Origin: Candidatus Nomurabacteria bacterium
GTDB lineage: Bacteria > Patescibacteriota > Minisyncoccia > Phycocordibacterales > UBA9973
Direction: 5' to 3'
DNA length: 64,000 bases
Assembly: GCA_052035405.1 (NCBI GenBank)
Contig: JBPOHQ010000008.1
Coordinates: 32,893-96,892, forward strand
The translations under genes and the position numbers were made by a program. Positions 56,075-64,000 of this stretch are shown piece after piece. The notes beneath the pieces were generated by a model that saw only the letters and a program-made list of their open reading frames with translations, made no database searches and was not told the DNA's origin. Position 1 is the stretch's first letter. Every line of letters starts with the position of its first letter.

Positions 56075-57820
56075 ATGCAAATTAATGAAGATCAACTCAA
56101 AAGATTTATTTTAGATGCTGGGCTGATTAAACGAGCAGATCTTGATGCTATTGAGAAAAAAGCAATAGAACAAAAACAAAAACTAGGGGACATGCTTCTA
56201 ACTGAAGGAAAAATATCTGAAGTTGATCTAAAGAGAATGGAAGCGTTTGTTTTAGGTATTCCTTTCATAAACCTTATAAATGAAAAAATAGAATTAGACA
56301 TATTGTCTTTGATCCCAGAACCCCTTGCACACAAATACAATATTATTGCCTACAAAAAATCTGATAAGGGGTTAGAGGTTGCGATGCTTGATGTTGATGA
56401 TTTACCAGTTATTGATTTTATTAAAAAGAAGTCTGGTTATAAAATATTACCAAGACTTACCGATACTGCATCTATCAAAAGTGCATTGTTGCAGTATAAA
56501 AAAAGTCTTCAGGCGGAATTTGATACTATTATTCAAAAAGAAGTTGGACCACTTTCGGTTGCAAAAGAAGAAGGTGAAAAATCAGAAGCAGAACTTAAAG
56601 AGATGGCTGAAGACTTGCCTGTCGTAAAAATAGTTGATTCACTCATCTTTCACGGAATTTTACAGGGAGCATCTGATATACATATCGAGCCAGGAGAAAA
56701 TGATTTAACAGTACGATATAGAATAGACGGTATTTTGCATGATGCAATGATACTTGATAAAAATGCTGGTAGTGGTATTACTGCTCGTATTAAAGTGTTG
56801 TCTAATCTAAAACTTGACGAAAAAAGATTACCTCAAGACGGTAGATTTAAGATTGAGCAAAATGGAGACAAGGTGTCTTTTCGTGTCTCAACACTTCCAA
56901 CATTTTTTGGAGAGAAAACTGTTATCAGAATCTTGCGTGAAAATGCACATGGTTTTTCTCTTGAGGGATTAGGTTTTCATGGTGAAGGACTAGAAAGAAT
57001 TTATGAATCATTGAAACAAAAAACAGGTATGGTGCTCGCGACCGGTCCGACTGGTTCTGGAAAGACTACGACTCTCTATACTATGCTGGATATTTTGAAT
57101 AAACCAGAAGTAAATATATCTACAGTAGAAGACCCTATTGAGTATCAGATGCCTAGAGTTAACCAAACTCAAGTTAAATCAGAGATAGGTTTATCTTTTG
57201 CCAACGGGCTTCGCTCACTTCTTCGTCAAGATCCTGATATTGTGATGGTGGGGGAGATTCGAGATGGAGAGACAGCAAGTATTGCGGTCAACGCTTCTCT
57301 TACTGGTCACTTGGTGCTTTCTACTATACACACAAACTCCGCAGCTGGAGCCATCCCAAGACTTGTAGATATGGGAGTATTACCTTTTCTTATTGTTTCT
57401 ACAGTGAAGACTATTATTGCTCAGCGTCTAGTAAGAAGACTTACTCCTAGTAAGGAAAAATATTTCTTGTCAGAGGCAGAACTAGAAAGTTTAAGTAAAA
57501 TTGTTGATTTAGATAGAATGTTGGTATTCCTTAAAAAAGAAAAGATTGTTGGCGAGAAAGATGACTGGAAAACAATTCCTTTCTATAAGGCTGTAAAAAG
57601 TGCTGATTCTGAATCTGGTTATGCGAGTCGTGTTGGAATTCATGAAGTTCTAAAAGTAAGCAACACTATCCGCGAGATGATTATCAAAGGTGCTTCTCAA
57701 GATGAAATAGAAAAACAAGCAAAAGAAGAGGGAATGATGACAATGATAGAAGATGGTGTTTTTCAGGCCGTGTTAGGACTTACTACGATAGAAGAAGTAT
57801 TTCGTGTTGTCTCTGAGTAA
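56075..57820 (+). CDS. pilB: Type IV pilus assembly ATPase (GspE/PilB)
   Basis: ASDIHIEP, RLPQDGR, GPTGSGKTTT, TVEDPIEY, LRQDPDIVMVGEIRD, TGHLVLSTIHTN. Confidence 0.93.
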   Translation: MQINEDQLKRFILDAGLIKRADLDAIEKKAIEQKQKLGDMLLTEGKISEVDLKRMEAFVLGIPFINLINEKIELDILSLIPEPLAHKYNIIAYKKSDKGLEVAMLDVDDLPVIDFIKKKSGYKILPRLTDTASIKSALLQYKKSLQAEFDTIIQKEVGPLSVAKEEGEKSEAELKEMAEDLPVVKIVDSLIFHGILQGASDIHIEPGENDLTVRYRIDGILHDAMILDKNAGSGITARIKVLSNLKLDEKRLPQDGRFKIEQNGDKVSFRVSTLPTFFGEKTVIRILRENAHGFSLEGLGFHGEGLERIYESLKQKTGMVLATGPTGSGKTTTLYTMLDILNKPEVNISTVEDPIEYQMPRVNQTQVKSEIGLSFANGLRSLLRQDPDIVMVGEIRDGETASIAVNASLTGHLVLSTIHTNSAAGAIPRLVDMGVLPFLIVSTVKTIIAQRLVRRLTPSKEKYFLSEAELESLSKIVDLDRMLVFLKKEKIVGEKDDWKTIPFYKAVKSADSESGYASRVGIHEVLKVSNTIREMIIKGASQDEIEKQAKEEGMMTMIEDGVFQAVLGLTTIEEVFRVVSE

Positions 57821-57823
57821 TAT

Positions 57824-59041
57824 ATGCTCTTTTTTTATAAAGCAAAATTAAAGAATGGAGAAATTATAGAAGCAACAATGGAAGGTGATGATAAATTTTC
57901 TGTTTCTAGAGAATTAAAATCCAGAGGTTATGCCCCTGTCACTATAATTGAGAAAAAAGAAAGTAGTTTTGACCCACTCGCTGTATTTAAATCACTCTTT
58001 GGTGGTGTTAAAAACAGTGAATTAATTATTGTTACTAAAAATTTAAGTGGTATGATCAAGGCGGGATTGTCACTTTCTCGTGCCTTATCTGTGCTTGAAA
58101 AACAAACAAAAAACGATGCTCTTCAAAAGATTTTAAATGCTGTTGTTTTAGAGATAAACTCAGGAGGCACACTTTCTTCTGGTTTGAATAAATTTCCAAA
58201 AACTTTCTCTAAGTTGTTCGTATCTATGACACGTGCAGGGGAAGAGTCTGGTAATTTAGCAAATTCACTTTCTGAAGTTGGTTTGATTTTAGAAAAATCA
58301 AATAACCTTACAAAAAAAGTTAAAGGTGCATTGATATATCCTGGAGTAATTATCACTGCGATGATTGTCGTGGGTGTGCTAATGTTTGCATTTATTGTGC
58401 CTACTCTAGCTAAAACTTTCAAAGAGTTGAATGTAGCATTACCGAAATCAACTCAAGCCGTAATTGCTCTAGGAGATTTTTTTTCAAATAATTTAATTTT
58501 AGCATTTGTTATTTTAATTTTAGCCGGTTTTGGACTTTTTTCTTTTTTTAGGGCTAAATTTATGGCTAAATATATAGACTTTGTAATCATACGTTTACCC
58601 ATGCTTGGAACAATGGTAAAAGAGATTAATACTGCTCGTACTGCTCGTACGATGGCATCGCTGCTTGTTTCTGGTGTGTCTATCACTCGCGCAATTGAAA
58701 TTACAGAAGATGTTGTTCAAAACATTTATTATAAAAAAATTTTAGTTAAAGCTAAAGAAGAGATAGAGAAAGGTTCTCCTTTTTCTCAGGCGTTTAACGA
58801 AAGTAATGGACTTTATCCTGTTATGATGACTGAGATGGTTCAGGTAGGAGAAGAGACGGGTAAATTATCAGACATGCTTTTGCAAATTGCTATCTTTTAC
58901 GAAGAGGAAGTTGAAAATAAAACAAAAAATCTTTCGACTATTATTGAGCCAGTTCTGATGGTTTTTGTTGGAGGTGGTGTTGGTTTTTTTGCCATGTCGA
59001 TGATTACACCATTGTATTCTATCCTGGATAATATAAACTAG
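57824..59041 (+). CDS. pilC: Type IV pilus platform protein (GspF/PilC)
   Basis: RAGEESGNL, ALIYP, VGEETGKL, IIEPVLM. Confidence 0.93.
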   Translation: MLFFYKAKLKNGEIIEATMEGDDKFSVSRELKSRGYAPVTIIEKKESSFDPLAVFKSLFGGVKNSELIIVTKNLSGMIKAGLSLSRALSVLEKQTKNDALQKILNAVVLEINSGGTLSSGLNKFPKTFSKLFVSMTRAGEESGNLANSLSEVGLILEKSNNLTKKVKGALIYPGVIITAMIVVGVLMFAFIVPTLAKTFKELNVALPKSTQAVIALGDFFSNNLILAFVILILAGFGLFSFFRAKFMAKYIDFVIIRLPMLGTMVKEINTARTARTMASLLVSGVSITRAIEITEDVVQNIYYKKILVKAKEEIEKGSPFSQAFNESNGLYPVMMTEMVQVGEETGKLSDMLLQIAIFYEEEVENKTKNLSTIIEPVLMVFVGGGVGFFAMSMITPLYSILDNIN

Positions 59042-59045
59042 TATT

Positions 59046-60014
59046 ATGAATAAATCCAAAAAAAAAGGTATCTCCGCAATAGAAGTAATAACAACTGTTT
59101 CTATTGTTGTTTTGATTACCGTGGTTGTTTTACCTCAGTTTTCAAAGATAAAAGAGAGACAGTCTCTGAATAACTCAGCCTCAACTGTCATAACAGCTCT
59201 TAATAAGGCAAGCTCACAGAGTCTTGCATCTGTAGACTCTTACGTTTATGGAGTTCGTTTTAATGCGAATTCTATTGTTGTCTTTAGAGGTACTACATAT
59301 TCAGCCTCTACGTTAAATGAAACGTTAGATATACCTAGTCCTTCTAGTATTACAGATGTTACTTTAAATGGTGTTAGTGCAATTCCAGGTGAAATGTATT
59401 TCAATAGGCTTACCAACATACCTTCAAAAACTGGTACAGTCACCATAACTACAGGTTCTTCTCAAAAAATAATTACAATTGGTGCTACAGGTATCGTAAG
59501 TGTCAGTGGAGCTTCTGGTAGTTCAAATTACAATTTAAATGTAACTGTCTCTAGCGGAGGTTCAGTATCGTCAAGTCCAGGGACTATCAACTGTAATCCA
59601 ACTTGTTCAAATAGCCTGAGTTCTGGAACGGGAGTAATTTTAACCGCTACTCCAAGCGGAGGGTATACCTTTTCTGGATGGTCCGGAGATTGTACTGGTA
59701 CAGGGACTTGTAGCCTAAGTATGAATTCAAACAAAAGTACAACAGCAACTTTTGTTCCTTCTGTTACTAACTATGATTTAAATGTCACGGTTTTAAGTGA
59801 AGGGACTGTAACATCGGATATTGGTTCAATTAGTTGTGACCCTACTTGTACAGAGAGTTTTTCTTCCGGAGACATTGTGACTTTAACTGCCAGCCCAAGT
59901 AAGTTTCATGTATTTTCTGAATGGGAAGGATCTTGTAAGGGTCAAGAAACAAATACCTGTGAACTTACGATGGACTCTACAAAAAATGTAACTGCAATTT
60001 TTGCTCCCGAGTAA
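59046..60014 (+). CDS. Minor pilin (FimT/GspH-like) fused to two C-terminal beta-repeat (InlB B-repeat-like) domains
   Basis: Prepilin G|ISAIE plus a hydrophobic helix; two copies of V.LTA.P....F..W.G.C.G..TC.L.M.S.K..TA.F. Confidence 0.8.
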   Translation: MNKSKKKGISAIEVITTVSIVVLITVVVLPQFSKIKERQSLNNSASTVITALNKASSQSLASVDSYVYGVRFNANSIVVFRGTTYSASTLNETLDIPSPSSITDVTLNGVSAIPGEMYFNRLTNIPSKTGTVTITTGSSQKIITIGATGIVSVSGASGSSNYNLNVTVSSGGSVSSSPGTINCNPTCSNSLSSGTGVILTATPSGGYTFSGWSGDCTGTGTCSLSMNSNKSTTATFVPSVTNYDLNVTVLSEGTVTSDIGSISCDPTCTESFSSGDIVTLTASPSKFHVFSEWEGSCKGQETNTCELTMDSTKNVTAIFAPE

Positions 60015-60070
60015 TCTTTGACTATAAATTATTTTCCTTCAATCTTAAAGATGTTATAATTAGTTAGTAA

Positions 60071-60574
60071 ATGAATTTTCTGCTAAAAACAAAAAATATT
60101 TCAACTACTAAAAAACAAAAAGGTTTTTTAGTAGTTGAAATATTGGTTGCAGCTTCTATTATTACTCTTACTATTTTATCTGCTACGGTTGTTGCCCAAA
60201 AGTCTATTTACGTATCCCGTCAGGCACTTAATGCTACACAAGCAGCATACCTTTTAGAAGAAGGAGCAGAAGCTGTGCGAATTTACAGAGATAATACCTG
60301 GACTAATATTTCTGGTATGACAGTAGGTACTAATTATTACCCGCTTTTTTCTGGTGGTACATGGACTTTTCCAACATCTGCGTCAACTATAGGTATATTT
60401 ACTCGCAAGGTTGTCATCTCAAATGTAAATCGTGACAATTCAACAAAAGATATTGTGACAAGTGGAGGTACCGTAGATGCTGGTACAAAACTTGTTACTG
60501 TCACAGTGAGTTGGAACGAGGGCACTAATGTTATTACGAAGACACTGCCTTTTTATATAACTAATATATTTTAA
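60071..60574 (+). CDS. Minor pilin (PilV-like)
   Basis: KG|FLVVEILVA prepilin signal; A.L.EEG.EAVR; VTVTVSW. Confidence 0.8.
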   Translation: MNFLLKTKNISTTKKQKGFLVVEILVAASIITLTILSATVVAQKSIYVSRQALNATQAAYLLEEGAEAVRIYRDNTWTNISGMTVGTNYYPLFSGGTWTFPTSASTIGIFTRKVVISNVNRDNSTKDIVTSGGTVDAGTKLVTVTVSWNEGTNVITKTLPFYITNIF

Positions 60575-60587
60575 TAATAAAAAGATA

Positions 60588-61085
60588 ATGAAACTTTTTC
60601 ATAAAAAAACATCCGGATACACCATGATAGAGCTTCTCTTTTATATCTCTATTTTTGCTGTAGTTTTTTTAATTATGATTAACTCCATCATGGTGATGAC
60701 TCGATCTTTCAGAGAAACTTCAGTTAATACAGACATAATTCAGAGTTCTAATATAATGGATAGAATTTCTCGTGAGATAAGAAAAGCAGAGTCTATACAT
60801 ACAATCAGCACCAATAGTCTTAAATTAAATACAACAAATGACGCAGGTACAGCGACGACAGTTCAGTTCTCGCTCTCCGGTTCTAATATTGTTTTTTACG
60901 ATAATGATGTTTTGCTTGGTAATTTAAATTCACCCAACGTATCGGTGACCGCACTAACTTTTACTCAGATAACAACAGCTAAAGGGGCTGCTGTAAAAGT
61001 ATTTATGACTGTTGTGTCTAATAATTATGGATCTACCCGTGCGGAGAATTTTTATGACACTATAGTATTAAGAGGTAATTATTAG
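60588..61085 (+). CDS. Minor pilin (PilW/GspJ-like)
   Basis: SG|YTMIELLFY prepilin signal; MDRISREIR.A. Confidence 0.8.
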   Translation: MKLFHKKTSGYTMIELLFYISIFAVVFLIMINSIMVMTRSFRETSVNTDIIQSSNIMDRISREIRKAESIHTISTNSLKLNTTNDAGTATTVQFSLSGSNIVFYDNDVLLGNLNSPNVSVTALTFTQITTAKGAAVKVFMTVVSNNYGSTRAENFYDTIVLRGNY

Positions 61086-61098
61086 TATTTATATAAAA

Positions 61099-62388
61099 AT
61101 GATTTTTAATAAAAAATATAATTTCAGAAATAAAAAGCAAGGAGGTCAAGTAATGATACTTTCTGTTGTATTTTTTGTTTCTATTACACTCACTGTCATT
61201 GCTGGTCTAGTATCTCCTGCGGTAAGAGAGTTTAAAATATCTACTGATGCTATTCGTTCAAGGCAAAGTCTGTATTTGTCAGAGTCTGGAGCAGAAGATG
61301 CATATTATCGCTTAAAAAATCTTATGACTATTGGTTCCTCTGAGGTTATTACTCTAAATGGAAATACAGTTACGACAACGATCGATAGTTCTGTTCAAAA
61401 TGAAAATAATATTATTTCGCTTGCAGATGTTTCTTCTCGTCAACGCAAAACACAGTTAAAGCTCGTTTCTACTGATGGTGTTTCTTTTCAGTATGGAGTA
61501 CAGATTGGAGATGGGGGTATTCAGTTGTTTGGCACATCAAAGCTTGGGGGAAGTACATTTACCAACGGAAACATACAAGGACTTTCAAGTGCTTCACGCA
61601 ATATCATAGAAGGAGACGCTATTTCAGCTGGAGGTTCAATGCTTTATATAACGACCGATACTGTAGGTAAGGCTAATTTTATTTCAAACTCAACTATTGG
61701 TACTGACGCATACTACAATAGTATTATTAATACCACAGCTGGTACGTATCATCCTGGTTCACCAGATGTAGCTGATCTACCAATGCCAATCCTTGACCCT
61801 GTTATTGATGACTGGGAGGCAGATGCAGTAGCTGGAGGTACTGTAACTACTCCTTGTCCCGCTGGAAGATATACAATAAACAGTAATACTACTCTTGGAC
61901 CATTAAAAATAAATTGTAATTTTTTGTATATTGAAAGTAACGCTGTGCTTACTTTAACAGGGCCTGTATGGGTAACAGGTGACATTGTGATTAGGCAAAA
62001 CGCCTCTGTTATATCAAATGGGCCTACTGGTTTTGCTTTAATAGCGGACAAAACAAGTGATCACACTAATTCAAGTAGAGTTACAATAAATACAACACTC
62101 AGTACTAATTCAAATCCTACATACCATGTGGTACTTGTTTCTAGAAATTCTAGCACCTCTCAGGCTGCTATTGATGTTACTAATTCCAATAGTAGTTATA
62201 CACTTCCTTATATCTTATATGCACCAGATGGTAAGGCAGCTTTTAACTCAAGTATGAATATTAAAGTTATATCGGTGAAAGGTTTAAACGTATTAAATAA
62301 TGCATTTTTAGAATTTACTACGGGACCAATAGATCCATATTTTCCAACCTTTGGTTGGAGTTCCTCAATCTGGAAAGAAATTCAATGA
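61099..62388 (+). CDS. Minor pilin (PilX-like) with a C-terminal beta-helix-like domain
   Basis: GG|QVMIL signal lacking E5, SLYLSESGAEDA, C-terminal W.E motif. Confidence 0.75.
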   Translation: MIFNKKYNFRNKKQGGQVMILSVVFFVSITLTVIAGLVSPAVREFKISTDAIRSRQSLYLSESGAEDAYYRLKNLMTIGSSEVITLNGNTVTTTIDSSVQNENNIISLADVSSRQRKTQLKLVSTDGVSFQYGVQIGDGGIQLFGTSKLGGSTFTNGNIQGLSSASRNIIEGDAISAGGSMLYITTDTVGKANFISNSTIGTDAYYNSIINTTAGTYHPGSPDVADLPMPILDPVIDDWEADAVAGGTVTTPCPAGRYTINSNTTLGPLKINCNFLYIESNAVLTLTGPVWVTGDIVIRQNASVISNGPTGFALIADKTSDHTNSSRVTINTTLSTNSNPTYHVVLVSRNSSTSQAAIDVTNSNSSYTLPYILYAPDGKAAFNSSMNIKVISVKGLNVLNNAFLEFTTGPIDPYFPTFGWSSSIWKEIQ

Positions 62389-62415
62389 CACTTTTCTTGT
62401 GTGGTATAATGACGT

Positions 62416-63177
62416 ATGTCTAAAAATATTGTAATCGGAAATTGGAAAATGCACCCTTTAACCCTAAAAGAAGGGGAGAAATTATTTGCAGATATTGCAA
62501 AACAAGTGCAAGCGTTTAAAAAAACAGATATCGTTATTTGCCCTCCTTTTTTATATATAGAAAAATTAAAAAAAATATCTAAAAAAATATATCTTGGATC
62601 TCAAAATGGATACCATGGGGATGTTGGTGCTTCCACAGGAGAGATCTCTTTTGGAATGCTAAGTAACTTAGGTGTTAGATATGTAATCTTGGGTCACTCT
62701 GAGAGAAGAACCCTAGGAGAATCAAATTTTGATATAAACAGAAAAATAAAATCAGCACTTTCTTTTAAAATTACTCCAATTTTGTGTGTTGGAGAGAGTG
62801 TTAGAGATGAAAACCATGAGTATTTAAATTTTATTAAAACTCAAGTAGAAGAGTGTTTGCTAGGTATTACAAAGATTTCTTTATCCAAAATTGTAATAGC
62901 ATATGAGCCTGTGTGGGCGATAGGTAAAGACGCTGCTCGTGTGGCCACCCCAGGGGAGTTTTTAGAAATCAGTATTTTTATTAAAAAGATACTTATTGAT
63001 AAGTTCGGCAAATTGGCAACACAGGATCTTCGCATTATTTACGGTGGGTCAGTTCACCCAGAAAATGCAGCATCTTTTCTAATAGAGGGCAAAGCCCAAG
63101 GCTTTCTGCCGGGGCGAGATTCTCTGAATGCAAAGAAGTTTTTAGAAATAATTAAAATTACAGAAAATACAAAATAG
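62416..63177 (+). CDS. tpiA: Triosephosphate isomerase
   Basis: GNWKM, TGEIS, ILGHSERR, IAYEPVWAIG, YGGSV. Confidence 0.96.
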   Translation: MSKNIVIGNWKMHPLTLKEGEKLFADIAKQVQAFKKTDIVICPPFLYIEKLKKISKKIYLGSQNGYHGDVGASTGEISFGMLSNLGVRYVILGHSERRTLGESNFDINRKIKSALSFKITPILCVGESVRDENHEYLNFIKTQVEECLLGITKISLSKIVIAYEPVWAIGKDAARVATPGEFLEISIFIKKILIDKFGKLATQDLRIIYGGSVHPENAASFLIEGKAQGFLPGRDSLNAKKFLEIIKITENTK

Positions 63178-63178
63178 T

Positions 63179-64000
63179 ATGCAAAGTATTAAAAAAATAA
63201 AAAATTTTAAAGGTAAAAAGGTAGTAGTAAGAGTCGATTTCAATGTACCTGTTAAAGATGGCAAGGTAGAAGACAATTTTAGAATTAAAAAAGGTATACC
63301 AACTATAGAATATCTAGTAAAAAAAGGAGCACAAGTTGTGATATTGATGCATTTAGGTAAAGATGGAAATAGTGATATAAATCCTGTGATTAAAGAGTTT
63401 TTCAGATTATCGAAGTTTTCAAAAGATAAAGTAGAGTTTTATAAAAATGTGAGGAGTTTTAAAGGCGAAGAAGAAAACAGTAAAGAGCTCGCAAAAGAGT
63501 TTGCTAAGTTAGGAGATATTTATGTAAATGATGCTTTCTCTGTCTCGCACCGAGCACATGCATCTGTCGTGGGTATTACTAAGTTTTTGCCGAGCTATGC
63601 AGGGCTCCAACTTGAAGAAGAAGTAAAGAATTTATCTGTTGTCTTTAATAAACCAAAACATCCATTTTTATTTATCTTGGGTGGTTCAAAGTTTTCTACA
63701 AAAATGCCTTTAATAAAAAAGTATTTAAAATTAGCAGACGCAGTATTTGTCGGCGGTGCACTTGCTAATGATTTCCTTAAAGCAAATGGTTGCGAGGTTG
63801 GTCAGTCTCTCGTAGACGGGGAAGGGTATGGTATCGAGAAATTACTAAAAGATAAAAAACTACTACTCCCTATAGATGTTGTTGTTCAAACAAAAAATGG
63901 TTTGATAACTAAAAATTCGCACCAAGTTCTAAAAGAGGAGACAATAATTGATATTGGTGAACAATCAGTACAATATCTCAATGGGTTAGTAAAAAGTTCA
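63179..64000 (+). CDS. pgk: Phosphoglycerate kinase, 5' part (runs off the window)
   Basis: Hand translation: KGKKVVVRVDFNVP, MHLG, YVNDAFSVSHRAHAS, ILGGSK, GGALAN. Confidence 0.93.
   Translation, partial: MQSIKKIKNFKGKKVVVRVDFNVPVKDGKVEDNFRIKKGIPTIEYLVKKGAQVVILMHLGKDGNSDINPVIKEFFRLSKFSKDKVEFYKNVRSFKGEEENSKELAKEFAKLGDIYVNDAFSVSHRAHASVVGITKFLPSYAGLQLEEEVKNLSVVFNKPKHPFLFILGGSKFSTKMPLIKKYLKLADAVFVGGALANDFLKANGCEVGQSLVDGEGYGIEKLLKDKKLLLPIDVVVQTKNGLITKNSHQVLKEETIIDIGEQSVQYLNGLVKSS

Overview
AT-rich chromosomal segment of a small-genome bacterium. Gene content and protein styles point to Patescibacteria/CPR, probably Parcubacteria (inference). From left to right: (1) 1-15.3 kb, a minus-strand T4SS-like/surface locus with a pilin-NlpC/P60 fusion, a VirB4-like ATPase, PrgI, a VirB6-like protein and large secreted proteins; (2) rsmA, pcrA and hypotheticals; (3) a LysM/M23 peptidase with a structured leader and a ZIP transporter; (4) about 950 bp of non-coding DNA holding two candidate novel RNA genes, a ~510-nt multi-helix RNA and a ~370-nt array of short hairpins, each with its own promoter and terminator; (5) four tRNA genes plus yraN and cca, overlaid by a dense cluster of about 13 parS-like palindromes, many written in-frame into the two proteins at 27-bp spacing; (6) housekeeping genes (xth, xerC/D-like, rpsO, pnp, comM, HU, rny, clpP, tig, ppa, nusA), a PurN-like gene split at an A_AAA_AAG site, lexA with an SOS box, and a HinP1I-like type II R-M system; (7) large adhesin-like proteins, a type IV pilus operon, tpiA and the start of pgk. 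No CRISPR array, rRNA or transposase was seen. All calls come from reading motifs by eye; no searches were run.
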